A stretch of 64,000 bases of DNA, taken from Candidatus Micrarchaeota archaeon. Its GTDB lineage: Archaea; Micrarchaeota; Micrarchaeia; Norongarragalinales; SBBD01. The translations under genes and the position numbers were made by a program. Location: NCBI GenBank assembly GCA_018819225.1, contig JAHJQN010000003.1, positions 204,310-268,309 of the forward strand, written 5' to 3'. The notes beneath the pieces are model-generated. The model was not told the DNA's origin. It saw only the letters and a program-made list of their open reading frames with translations, and did no database searches. How positions within the stretch are numbered: the stretch's first letter is position 1; each line of letters opens with the position of its first letter. Positions 1 through 9,511 of the stretch are shown one piece after another.

Positions 1-2
1 TG

Positions 3-68
3 CACCAGGGAATCAAAGACGCGTTAGACGCGCTGCAGAGAATCTGGGAACGGCGCATCCGGAAATGA
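3..68 (+). CDS. C-terminal fragment of a gene entering from the left edge (HQGIKDALDALQRIWERRIRK*)
   Basis: Open frame from the window edge to TGA at 66-68, abutting the convergent gene ending at 69. Product not identifiable. Confidence 0.4.
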   Translation, partial: HQGIKDALDALQRIWERRIRK

Positions 69-395
69 TTAGTTCTTCCGAAGGGCGAGCACCAGCGCCC
101 ACGAACGCTCGAAACCGAACACGTCGGTCAACGAGACCAACGCATCGAAGACTCGGGTTCGGCCGCGCTGCTTCTCGCGTTTCAGAAGCGAATCGACGGC
201 CGCATTCAGTTCCTCTGCAAAATCGTCGGCATCCGGTTGAGTCGGGCCCACGAAGGCCAGCACGTGATCGTGCAGCTTGACGGAACGGCCATCCATATTG
301 AACAGTTCCCACTCGCGGTCATCCAGCGCCTCGACCGGACCGGAATAGACTTGCCGAAAGCCAAGGCGCTTGAGCTCTTCTTTCAAGGTGTGCAT
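69..395 (-). CDS. hypothetical protein (108 aa, MHTLKEELKRLGF...)
   Basis: 3' part of ORF 69..602. ATG at 395 lies just downstream of the AT-rich divergent promoter region (~410-450) and avoids overlap with galT. Confidence 0.6.
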   Translation of the reverse strand: MHTLKEELKRLGFRQVYSGPVEALDDREWELFNMDGRSVKLHDHVLAFVGPTQPDADDFAEELNAAVDSLLKREKQRGRTRVFDALVSLTDVFGFERSWALVLALRKN

Positions 396-459
396 GAGAC
401 AACGAAAGCGATTAATGAAAATATCTTTATAAACGCTTGTCGGATAAAGGAATGAGTCC

Positions 460-1353
460 ATGGTCCAGGAGTTCCGAAAAGAACAGACGAAAAATATGGT
501 CGTGTTGGTGGCCAGTGGACGCTCCAAACGACCGAGAGTATTTGGAAAAAAAGCGGCGTGTCCGTTCTGTCGCGGCGCCGAGCATACGACTCCGCCAACC
601 ACGTTCGCCCTACCGAATCCCGCGCAATGGAATGTCCGGGCGTTTCGGAATGCGTTCGGGCTCGTGAGCCCTCAAACATATCGTCCCTTTCGAAACGGAC
701 GCGCGCCCGCTTACGGAGAACATGAAGTCATCGTGGAGAACGACGAGCACGGCCGTTACTTTCCCTCGTTTTCATCGCAGGAATTGGCTCGGGTCTACGA
801 GGCGTACGCCCACCGATACCACGCGCTGAAAAAAAGGAAACACGTCAAACACGTGCTGTTGTTCAAAAACCACGGGCGGAAAGCCGGGGCGAGCATCGAA
901 CACGAACACGCGCAAATCATTTCGCTGCCGTTCGTACCGCAACTCGTCGAAAACGAAACGCGGCATGCCGGTCACTTGATCCGGAAAATCAAAGAGGAAA
1001 AACAAAACGTTGTTTTCGAAAACGATTGGGCGTACGTATGGTGCCCGAGCTTTTCGCGCTTTTCATACGAAATGTGGATCGTGCCAAAAAAAAACGTGCC
1101 CTCCTTAATGGATTACGCCGAACGGGAATCGCGCGTTTTGATGAAGACGCTGCAACAATGCATTCGAAAACTGGAGACGATATCGGATTCGTACAACGTT
1201 CTTTTTTTCGAAAGCCCGAAGCGCACGCCATTGCAGGCACACGTCGAGCTGTTTCCGAGGCGAAGCGATTGGGCCGGGCTCGAACTCGGAGGAGGCATTA
1301 TCGTGAACTCGAAAGAACCGCGCGAGGCCGCTAGAGAATTGCGCCGGCTCTGA
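460..1353 (+). CDS. galT: galactose-1-phosphate uridylyltransferase (GalT/HIT family)
   Basis: CPFC Zn motif, GEHEVIVE, FKNHGRKAGASIEHEHAQI (HxHxQ catalytic motif), C-terminal AGLELGGG. Confidence 0.85.
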   Translation: MVQEFRKEQTKNMVVLVASGRSKRPRVFGKKAACPFCRGAEHTTPPTTFALPNPAQWNVRAFRNAFGLVSPQTYRPFRNGRAPAYGEHEVIVENDEHGRYFPSFSSQELARVYEAYAHRYHALKKRKHVKHVLLFKNHGRKAGASIEHEHAQIISLPFVPQLVENETRHAGHLIRKIKEEKQNVVFENDWAYVWCPSFSRFSYEMWIVPKKNVPSLMDYAERESRVLMKTLQQCIRKLETISDSYNVLFFESPKRTPLQAHVELFPRRSDWAGLELGGGIIVNSKEPREAARELRRL

Positions 1354-1354
1354 T

Positions 1355-2500
1355 TCATGCGGGCAGCCCCGAGAGCCCGAAATATAACGCGGAATCCGAA
1401 ACCATCCAGTCCTCGACTTGCGGAGGCGTCGAAATATCCCCCATCGTGCGCAAACTACCGGGGTACGACAGGTTGAGGGTCATGACCTCGAAAGGCGTCA
1501 ACGAATTCGCGCCCATCACCACGATCCAATACGTTCCTTTCGGAAGCGTTGAATCCGTCGGGAAACCAAACCGCGCGTCCCCAAAATCGCTGGGAAGTAT
1601 CACCATACCGCGACGCGCCTCAAACAATACGCTGCCGGACGGCTTGCCTAAGGCGTCATGCCGTATCTGAACCGTGAATTCGCCTGCCGGATTCTCGGAA
1701 AGACGGCGCACTCGAAGCACAATGCTCTTGATGCGAACCGTACTCGCCACGTCGAACTTCTGTGCGAGCCGATTGGAGCGGTCGACGCGCATGGAAAGCC
1801 ATTCGTGCGACTCTTGAATCACGCCCAAGGGAAGCACCGAAAGCTCTAATTCGACCTCGTCATTGGAACGGAGTTGGCCTTGAGGCGTGGAAAGCCTCGC
1901 AGTCAATTCATGAACGCCATCCACGTCAGGAGTCCATTTCAACGTCGCCGTGTCCCCGGAATCCAACTGGGAAATCATCATTTCATCGATAAACCGGTTA
2001 CCCTCGAATAAGGAAACATTCACCGAATCAATGAATTCGGAGTCTGGACACGTGCCTTCAGCATACCGCACGGGAATTCGGAACGTATGCGTTTCGGAAA
2101 GGCGCAATTCCGAAGGAAGAGGGATGTCGCCGAAAAAGACGTCGGAAGGAATACAGTCCGTCGTAGGGGTTGAGGGCGCGGGCATGCGTTTCGTCCAAAC
2201 GTAGTAAGCGCCGAGTTCACCGTACGAGGCGTCATAGAGAGTGAACAAGCGGTTCTTTGAAGGATCTCGGGAGTCTCCGAACACGGGTTCTCCGGATAAC
2301 GCACCGGAAAGCAACTCCATTTCCACAAAGCCTTGCACGATGTCAAAGGTATTCGAATACGGAATGCCTTGGTAGAATCCGTCGGAAGGAGGAGGGGTGG
2401 AAGAGACAATGGGAGTCGGAGAAGGCAAGGCGTCGCCCTCGTTCACTAAGCAACCGGAAAGCAAAACAAAAAGCGCGAGGAACAGGATAACGAATCGCAT
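1355..2500 (-). CDS. predicted lipoprotein/surface protein with Pro/Thr linker and beta-sandwich (CARDB-like) domains
   Basis: Signal peptide with LSGC lipobox, PSPTP linker, beta-rich repeats such as ATLKWTP..GVHELTA. Confidence 0.6.
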   Translation of the reverse strand: MRFVILFLALFVLLSGCLVNEGDALPSPTPIVSSTPPPSDGFYQGIPYSNTFDIVQGFVEMELLSGALSGEPVFGDSRDPSKNRLFTLYDASYGELGAYYVWTKRMPAPSTPTTDCIPSDVFFGDIPLPSELRLSETHTFRIPVRYAEGTCPDSEFIDSVNVSLFEGNRFIDEMMISQLDSGDTATLKWTPDVDGVHELTARLSTPQGQLRSNDEVELELSVLPLGVIQESHEWLSMRVDRSNRLAQKFDVASTVRIKSIVLRVRRLSENPAGEFTVQIRHDALGKPSGSVLFEARRGMVILPSDFGDARFGFPTDSTLPKGTYWIVVMGANSLTPFEVMTLNLSYPGSLRTMGDISTPPQVEDWMVSDSALYFGLSGLPA

Positions 2501-2558
2501 GAAGGAAAGAGAACGCTGGAGAGAATAAAAGCGTTTATGTAGAAGGAAAAGACTCGGG

Positions 2559-2613
2559 GAAAATAAAAAAAGAAGAAAAAGAAAAAATAAAGAAAAGGGG
2601 CGTTGAGCCCCTT
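2559..2613 (-). terminator. S-layer gene terminator (7-bp hairpin plus long U-tract)
   Basis: AAGGGGC/GCCCCTT stem at 2595-2613 just after the stop at 2625, followed on the minus strand by an ~35-nt T-rich run. Confidence 0.7.
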
Positions 2614-2624
2614 CTTAGGGTTGC

Positions 2625-5210
2625 TTAACCTCTGACGCTGTCACGGTTCGACGCTAACCATCGAACGAGTTCCGTTCCTGCAGCTTGCGTGTCTGCAGCC
2701 GTGTAACCAAGCACGTAAACCTTCGAGCCCATCACTTTCACGATGGGTTCGCTGCCTGGTGCAACGGTGATACCCGCTCTCTGTGCATGCGAGTTGACAA
2801 CCGGACCTCCGATTACAACGAGAGATGCCGTGTCGCCAGCCTCCGTGTCAAAGACAACGAGAGGACTGCCTGCCGAGAGTTTCGTAACAACTGCCGCGTT
2901 CGACACGCTGGGTTTGAGGTTCGAGACGCCCGAGACGGTTCCCGTATTTTCCATTTCCTCGTCTTCGTCTGCCACAGTTTCGTCGACTGCCGCATCTGCG
3001 GTGATCTCCTTCACGAGGATGGAGTATCCGCCACCGATGTCTTGCGAGTCGCCTTCGGACAACGTGTAGTCGGCCTCGTTCGCGGACGCGCTAATACCAG
3101 ATTGCGTCAACGTGAACTTGGCGTGCGCCACGGTCGTCGGGTAACTGAACGTAGCCGACGTCGAAGAGATGGCATTGAAGATGCCTCCACGGTTACTCGT
3201 GTAGCCAGGCTCTTTAGCAGCCACAGCCGGAGCCGTCGTGGGAAGGGCATCGACACCCAAACCATTTAGGGAGTCATAGCCTATCTTGTCGATCGTCGTC
3301 GTTCCGATGGTGTTCACGAACTGGCGGAGCGTGCCGTCATATTGCAGCGTCCAGTGGAAGTTCGAACTCGCAGCGGTTCCCGACACTTGCGCGGTCGTTC
3401 CGTTCGCATCCTCCGTAATTTCGGGGATGAGAATCAGCGTTCCGTTGTGCGTCGCGGTTGCGCTGTCGTTAAAGCTCGTTCCGTTCCACGTGTTGTTCGT
3501 TACCTGAATTCCAGCGCTTTCCGTGCTGCTGTAGTGGTACAGCAAAGCGGTTGCGTTGTTGGCGTTCAGGGCACCACCTGTGGCTGACGTGTTGGTGATA
3601 TACCAACCCGTTCCAGAGTCGTAATAGTATACGGTACCCTGGATGCCGCTGGTCGTGTTGAATTCCGACAGTTTAACGTAGACGGAGTCCACGTTTTTCT
3701 GTAGCTGGAACGCATTGCTCTTTCCAGATTGGATGAGAACGAAGTCCTCAATAACCGCGGTCATATTACCCGTTGCAACTTCCGTGGCAATGGGTAGTGT
3801 CTGCGATTTCTGGATAGAGAAGGTCAGCGAGTCGTAGTCCACATCCTCCAAGCCGAGGTAGTTGAACTTGAATCCAGCCAATCCCTTGATGATGTCAATG
3901 GATTCGCCGGGGTTCAACGACGTGGCGATCGGAGTCTTGTAGATTTGGTCGACATCGTTGAAGATCTGGATGCGGGCAATTCCTTCCGAAGAGCCTACTG
4001 AAGCTCCCCAGATCATTGCCTTCCAGTTCTTGTGGCTGTCACCACCCGACACTTCCTGGTTGTGCGTGATGTCCAGTTTGTTGGAGTACAGCGAGACATC
4101 CGCATACGCTTCCTTCGCGAACGCTCCTGGGAACGCACTGTTCACTTTAATGACCAAGTTGTTCGCTTCAGAGACGGTCGTGGAGGTCGCGTTTTCATCA
4201 ACGGTGATCTGCTTGATCAAGTTGTCGTTGGAGTCGGTAATGGTGAACGAAACTCGCGGTAACGCGTTAGCTCCATAACCAAATCCTGACAAGTCGACCA
4301 GCGTCACGGTAAATCCGTCCGGCGTGGTTGCCGAATCACCGACGCGCATGATATCCTTATGCTGGATCTCCTTTCCGAGAATGACTTGCGACGCACCGGC
4401 TCCAGAGGCAGTGACTTCCATAATGGTCCACTTTTCACCCAAGAAGGTGATGCGCACATTGTTCTTCGTGACCTTGTCGTTGTCCGCACAGTTCGCATAG
4501 CTCTTTGAGGTATCCAAGCAGAGGGGGATGGGGTCCGTAAAGATGGCCTCATAACCCGTCTTAGCTTCCTTCGCCTGCAGGCTCTTCGACGTTTCGTCGT
4601 ATTGAACCTTCGCGAGAGCATAGACGCGCTGCTCTTCCTTCGTGTTCGTAGAGCCCTTGGAGTAAGCGATTTTTCCATCGCTGGCAAGGTCTCCATGCGG
4701 AGAAAGCACCGGTGTCTTGTCCTTCGTGATGACCTTCGGCCCAACCGGGCTGTTGAACGACGTATTCGTCGTCGAGAAGGACGTGGTCGTATTTCTCGTG
4801 GTGTCCGGGTTAAAGTCGACGTTGTCGTTCACGTACGCCTGCATGCTGAAAGCAGATGCAGGGTTTACGCCCGGCGTCGTCACGGTCAGCGTGACCTTCT
4901 TGTTAGAGAGATCGCACGAACCGGATCCGCCCGCGCCGCCGTTGCACGATAGCTGGTCGATACCCAAGACCGTTACTGCCTGGTCCTTGTACGCAAGGTT
5001 TCCGATCATGGCTGCAATGTTAGCTGCAACCACTCCATCGGACGCCGCTGCGTTCGTACCCACCGCGATTTTCACGTTGGGCTCGCCGTTCGTAAAGAAC
5101 GGGAAGGAACTCAGACCTGAGTCTACACTAACTGCTCCTGCAAACGCGGCTCCTAGCAAACCCATGCCGCTCGCAATCGCAGCTACTTTTTTTACGTTCA
5201 GGCTTCTCAC
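2625..5210 (-). CDS. S-layer protein (Methanococcales/DPANN-type S_layer N/C domains)
   Basis: N-terminus MRSLNVKKVAAIA..., VGTNAAASDGVVAANIAAMIG, C-terminal LVVIGGPVVN, many N-x-S/T sequons. GTG start with GAGGTG SD. Confidence 0.85.
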   Translation of the reverse strand: MRSLNVKKVAAIASGMGLLGAAFAGAVSVDSGLSSFPFFTNGEPNVKIAVGTNAAASDGVVAANIAAMIGNLAYKDQAVTVLGIDQLSCNGGAGGSGSCDLSNKKVTLTVTTPGVNPASAFSMQAYVNDNVDFNPDTTRNTTTSFSTTNTSFNSPVGPKVITKDKTPVLSPHGDLASDGKIAYSKGSTNTKEEQRVYALAKVQYDETSKSLQAKEAKTGYEAIFTDPIPLCLDTSKSYANCADNDKVTKNNVRITFLGEKWTIMEVTASGAGASQVILGKEIQHKDIMRVGDSATTPDGFTVTLVDLSGFGYGANALPRVSFTITDSNDNLIKQITVDENATSTTVSEANNLVIKVNSAFPGAFAKEAYADVSLYSNKLDITHNQEVSGGDSHKNWKAMIWGASVGSSEGIARIQIFNDVDQIYKTPIATSLNPGESIDIIKGLAGFKFNYLGLEDVDYDSLTFSIQKSQTLPIATEVATGNMTAVIEDFVLIQSGKSNAFQLQKNVDSVYVKLSEFNTTSGIQGTVYYYDSGTGWYITNTSATGGALNANNATALLYHYSSTESAGIQVTNNTWNGTSFNDSATATHNGTLILIPEITEDANGTTAQVSGTAASSNFHWTLQYDGTLRQFVNTIGTTTIDKIGYDSLNGLGVDALPTTAPAVAAKEPGYTSNRGGIFNAISSTSATFSYPTTVAHAKFTLTQSGISASANEADYTLSEGDSQDIGGGYSILVKEITADAAVDETVADEDEEMENTGTVSGVSNLKPSVSNAAVVTKLSAGSPLVVFDTEAGDTASLVVIGGPVVNSHAQRAGITVAPGSEPIVKVMGSKVYVLGYTAADTQAAGTELVRWLASNRDSVRG

Positions 5211-5476
5211 AAAATCTCACCTCGAGATTCATGTTGCTGAAGACCCTATTTTTCAAAGATCTTCTCCGTCACTTTCCGCTTCACCGATGCGGGAGGCACC
5301 CGTGCTGTGAGCGTAACAAAACTTTCCACTCAAAAAGCGTTGCGTCATCAAAACCAACACATGCCTATTATTCGCATAACGCTTTTCTGCAGCACATAAA
5401 AAAATGAATTTCCTGCAGAGAGTGGGTGCATCTTGCTCCGCGCGTAGCAGATGGTTTTTCTCCCCTATTTAAACAT
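5211..5476 (-). promoter_or_regulatory. putative S-layer promoter (TTTAAATA box ~5466-5473) and ~230-nt structured 5' leader
   Basis: TATA-like box ~260 bp upstream of the start. Several complementary segments lie in the intervening non-coding sequence. Confidence 0.45.
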
Positions 5477-5792
5477 TTCCTTTGCTCCCTGTCAATTGAC
5501 GAAAAGGGATATCCGTAGAGACGTAAACCTGTCTCTTTTTCAGGAATTCTCCCTCTAAAAACCTAATTTTTATTAATTTCGGCTTTCGTCGATTACGGGG
5601 TTTAAGCAAAAGCAAAAATAGCGAGAAAACAAACCCGAATAGCATACGTAACTAAAGGTTAATAAGCACGAGGAAAATGCCATAATGCAGCACGTGCTGC
5701 ATTTTGAAATAAGTAAAGCAAAAACGAGAAAAAAAGGGGTTCAAATATTAGAGGGGCGAACGGCTCCGGCACTAGTGCATCAGGTGATGCAT

Positions 5793-5966
5793 TTAGAAGT
5801 ATCCGAATGCAATAGCCACTAACACCGATACCGCCAACAACTCCAGCACCAAGAACACTTTAAGCCGGTGGCTCATGAATGCCCGGCCTCCGCTTGGAGC
5901 AGCGTAGGAATCGGCGCGTTGATGTTGAATGCGGGCTTTCCGGACGGATTTTTTGCGTTTTTTCAT
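5793..5966 (-). CDS. small membrane protein (57 aa; basic N-terminus, C-terminal TM helix)
   Basis: ATG at 5966 with upstream AGGTGA SD. Single hydrophobic C-terminal segment. Confidence 0.55.
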   Translation of the reverse strand: MKKRKKSVRKARIQHQRADSYAAPSGGRAFMSHRLKVFLVLELLAVSVLVAIAFGYF

Positions 5967-5982
5967 GGGGGTTTTCACCTTT

Positions 5983-6225
5983 TCATCCTTTTTCAATGAA
6001 TGCGAACGTATCCCGCGCAATCTTCACATCGCGCAACAACGAGGTCGCGCGGGCGCGGAGGGCGGCAAAAGAATGGGATTCGATACGGCAATATATAGCT
6101 TTCGGGTTTTTAGGCGCTGCTTTCACGCTTAAAACCACTTTACTGCTCTGGTCGCTCTTAATGACTTGGAGCGCGTGCTTCGCGTGCTTCGCACTCGAAA
6201 ACTCTATCTCAAACGAGGCATTCAT
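5983..6225 (-). CDS. pcc1: KEOPS complex subunit Pcc1
   Basis: 80 aa; FEIEFSS..HA..ALQVI and IESHSFAALRARATSLLRDVKIA match the Pcc1 pattern. Confidence 0.75.
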   Translation of the reverse strand: MNASFEIEFSSAKHAKHALQVIKSDQSSKVVLSVKAAPKNPKAIYCRIESHSFAALRARATSLLRDVKIARDTFAFIEKG

Positions 6226-7418
6226 TACGGATTACCTCTTCGGCAGAACATCGGGTCGTTGTTGTTGCCCATAACGGTATTGTTGGTGCATCCTTGAATG
6301 TCGGAAGGACAATCGTTTTCGTTGCAACCGCCGGTCACATCCCCGCACAAGTAAAACGCACAATTTCCATACCCAGTCAAATCATTGTCCTGGAACCAAT
6401 TATCGTTCGTTAGACCCACCGCATCCAAATAAACGCCGAATTGCGTGTTGTCGGTCAAGGCGTTCGCTTGAACCCAAGCGCTGTCCGCCTTCCAGAACTT
6501 AATCCCAAAGGCATTCGTTGAAATGTCGTTGGCTAGAAGTCGTAGGCCGGTGCACGTATCGCACTGAACCCCTATATCACTCGCCGTAATGGTATTCACA
6601 AGAAGCTCTGCGTTGGTCGCCCCTGATTTGATAAGAAAACCGATACCGGCTCCCGCGTTAGTGCAACCGGAGAACTGGTTTCCCGTTGCGGTGAGATCAG
6701 GGGTATTATCAATAGAAGAGCACGTTGGAACATTTTGAACCGTGTTAGAAATCAAATCCATTTGGTTATTTCCGTCGACGAAGATTCCTTCGTTTCCCGA
6801 CCCGCCTCCATCAATCGCATTACCTTCCACTCGCGCGTTCGTGCCGCCCGTCACGTCGATTCCGGCAAGAGAAAATGAATTCAACGTATTACTGATTACG
6901 TAACTATTGTCCACGTTGACAACGGATACGTCGACATTAAAACCTTCAATCGTGCAACCCCGTATAGTCATCGAATCCCCGATCTGGGCACGAACTCCAT
7001 AGGATCCGGCGGCGCCATTCGAAATCGTGTGACCGGTACAATCAAGTTCCACATTCGTTCCTTGCAGCGTAATGCACGAAGACGAGGTTCCTGATCCGTC
7101 AAAAGCGATGTTCCGTGTTAACACATAGCGTACATCGTCCGCCCAATAATCGCCATCTGCCATCTCGCAATCTAATAGTTCCACGGGAGTCGGCGGCTGG
7201 GCTGGAGGGGATACCTCGAAAAAATCAGACGGAACCGCGGAACCGTTCGGTGCCTGTGGAATGTAATCCAGAAACTCTTCCACTTCCTGAGACGTCAAAT
7301 CGATCTCGTTCTCCGCGCTACCCAACAAGTTCGTGCGCGTCACCATGAACACGAGAACGATAAACAGCATCGCTCCTCCGATCAAGAACACGTACTCTAA
7401 AGCGGTTTGGGCCTTCAT
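6225..7418 (-). CDS. class III signal peptide (pilin-like) protein with right-handed parallel beta-helix (NosD/CASH-like) repeats
   Basis: MKAQTALEYVFLIGG prepilin-type N-terminus. Repeated GI.+..N.I..N beta-helix turns, Cys-rich C-terminus. Confidence 0.75.
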   Translation of the reverse strand: MKAQTALEYVFLIGGAMLFIVLVFMVTRTNLLGSAENEIDLTSQEVEEFLDYIPQAPNGSAVPSDFFEVSPPAQPPTPVELLDCEMADGDYWADDVRYVLTRNIAFDGSGTSSSCITLQGTNVELDCTGHTISNGAAGSYGVRAQIGDSMTIRGCTIEGFNVDVSVVNVDNSYVISNTLNSFSLAGIDVTGGTNARVEGNAIDGGGSGNEGIFVDGNNQMDLISNTVQNVPTCSSIDNTPDLTATGNQFSGCTNAGAGIGFLIKSGATNAELLVNTITASDIGVQCDTCTGLRLLANDISTNAFGIKFWKADSAWVQANALTDNTQFGVYLDAVGLTNDNWFQDNDLTGYGNCAFYLCGDVTGGCNENDCPSDIQGCTNNTVMGNNNDPMFCRRGNP

Positions 7419-9448
7419 GCGGACACGTTCACCTTTTTCTTGACCTCAATGTCTTCCTTGCAATTCGGACACGCGTACACGAAGTGATCGGGGTGCGGCT
7501 TGATTTTTGGACTACAGTTCGCGCACAAGCCTTTACCGCAATACGGGCAGAAAATGATGCGCGAGTTTTGCGCGTGACACGTCGGACACCCCATGGATTT
7601 GTTGGCCTCCATTTTCACGAACGCGATATCCGATTCTTTCTTATCGGCCATCCCGCGCAATTGTTGAAATACTTCCGACTGCTTTTCCCTTGCTTTTTCC
7701 TCCTTCTTTTCAGGCAACAGATCTTCAAACGAGAGCTTGGCCGCGGGCTCTGTGGCTGCGGCCTTCTCCTTCGACGGCGCGTTCACCGACAGTTTATTCC
7801 TCAAGCCTCCTTTGCGCTCCGAGTCCTTGAGCTGCGAGTAAACATCCGAGACGATACTATCGAAGTTTTCACTGCGGGCCGTTTCCCGATTCGCGATCAC
7901 GCTGACGTCATCCGAGTCCGTACCTTGAGAGGACATGTATCGACGGCGCACCATTTTCGGAGCCGTTTTTTCGGGCGCTCCGGACACGAGGGCGTCCGCC
8001 ATTTCGTCTTCCTCGGTCGGCGGCGCCGGTTCATGGCGCTCGGAATACATGCGGCGCGGTCCGTGAACCGTCATGATGATATCGTCCGAGGAATGCGGCT
8101 CCGGATTTTCTTGGGCATTCGGAGACTCTTGAGAATCGTCCGCCGTGATTTCGCGTAATTGTCCGGTGCGCGTGCGTTCGGTCTTGCTGGACTTTCCTCC
8201 TTCTGGTTTCAACGGGATGACGCTCGGTTCCATGATTTCCTTGTACGAGGTTTGGATGGGCTCGACGCGCGTCTTCTGTTTCTTGGCGCGTTCTTCTTCC
8301 ACGACACGCGTGATCGTCGCCAGATGGCCCCCGGATTCTTGCGGGTGCGGCGTCTTCGGTGCAGCAGAAAGTTCTTTGCGCGGCAAGGGCCCCATTCCGT
8401 GCAACCGCAACGGTTCTTTGGAAGGCGCTTTCAGGATCGTCAACGGTTTTTCCACTAATTTCTTCGGTTTTGATTTCGTTTGAAGCATGGAAAACAAACC
8501 GGTCAGCATCCCGCCTTTTTTCGGTTCAATATAGGATTCTTCTTGCTTGAGTTTCAAAATGATTTGTCTTCGTTTGGCTTCTTTATCTAACGGTTTTTGT
8601 TCCCGGGGAGGAAGCACGTCCTGCGTTCGAGCAGGTGGGAGGAGAGCGTGATTCGGAACGATTTTTTCAGGAACGGGTTTCGCGCGTTCGGCGGGATGGG
8701 AAGGCGCGGGAGATGCGGGTGGGACTTGCTCGGGCGGCTTGGATTCGGAAACGCTTTCCTTTTGAACGCGTTTCAGGCGCTCCGCCGGAGACATCCGTTG
8801 AAGTTCCTTTTCTTTTTCAGATGGTTTTTGGGGTTGGACGGGTTTGAAGGAGTCGGTGCGCATGACGCGCGTCAGATCCAAATCCAATGGCGTTTCGGGA
8901 GAGGGTTCGGGTTCTTTGCGTTGAACGGGTTTCGCGATAGCCGGCGCAGCCGGATGAAGCGGCGCGACGGGAGATGATGCATGCACGGGTTTCGTCTCGC
9001 GTTCTTTGCGATAACGCAGTTCGGGTTTATGCGATTCGTGCGAATCCGATGCCGGTTTGGATTCGTGATGCGCCGGTTCGGATTCGCGGTGCTGGGGAAC
9101 GAATGCAATCGATGACGAGGCCATGGGAATGCCCACCGTCAAAAAATTGCTTTGAAAAATCAAAAAATAGAGTTTGAGTACGCCGAACGCGCCAATGATG
9201 AGGAGAAAGAACACCAGGGGAAAGAGCCCTTGGCGCGTCACCACGTCCGCACTGTTGTATACGTAGTCGACGATGAATGCGGCAATGGCGATCAGGAAAC
9301 CGGATATGGCGGAAACCCCCATCTTCAGGTTCAAGTCGAACAAGCGCACTTCGGGGTAGGTGAGTCGTAATAAGAGGTAGCCTAAGGCCACGGAACCCAA
9401 CGCAAAGTACGCGTAGTACGCTATAGACCACCCCGACAGATCGGCCAT
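7415..9448 (-). CDS. membrane-anchored protein with long Pro/Glu/Lys-rich disordered region and C-terminal multi-CxxC Zn ribbon
   Basis: Three N-terminal TM helices, low-complexity middle, CPTC/CPYC/CANC/CPNC at the C-terminus. Confidence 0.7.
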   Translation of the reverse strand: MADLSGWSIAYYAYFALGSVALGYLLLRLTYPEVRLFDLNLKMGVSAISGFLIAIAAFIVDYVYNSADVVTRQGLFPLVFFLLIIGAFGVLKLYFLIFQSNFLTVGIPMASSSIAFVPQHRESEPAHHESKPASDSHESHKPELRYRKERETKPVHASSPVAPLHPAAPAIAKPVQRKEPEPSPETPLDLDLTRVMRTDSFKPVQPQKPSEKEKELQRMSPAERLKRVQKESVSESKPPEQVPPASPAPSHPAERAKPVPEKIVPNHALLPPARTQDVLPPREQKPLDKEAKRRQIILKLKQEESYIEPKKGGMLTGLFSMLQTKSKPKKLVEKPLTILKAPSKEPLRLHGMGPLPRKELSAAPKTPHPQESGGHLATITRVVEEERAKKQKTRVEPIQTSYKEIMEPSVIPLKPEGGKSSKTERTRTGQLREITADDSQESPNAQENPEPHSSDDIIMTVHGPRRMYSERHEPAPPTEEDEMADALVSGAPEKTAPKMVRRRYMSSQGTDSDDVSVIANRETARSENFDSIVSDVYSQLKDSERKGGLRNKLSVNAPSKEKAAATEPAAKLSFEDLLPEKKEEKAREKQSEVFQQLRGMADKKESDIAFVKMEANKSMGCPTCHAQNSRIIFCPYCGKGLCANCSPKIKPHPDHFVYACPNCKEDIEVKKKVNVSA

Positions 9449-9511
9449 ACGAATGCAAGAGCCGGAAGTATATTTAAGGTTGGCGATGCTAGAACGTGCG
9501 AGGGGTATTGC

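Noticed and set aside
5685-5822. 45-aa plus-strand ORF starting inside the 20-bp palindrome
   Set aside because: No motif, it overlaps the convergent gene's end and terminator, and coding evidence is insufficient.
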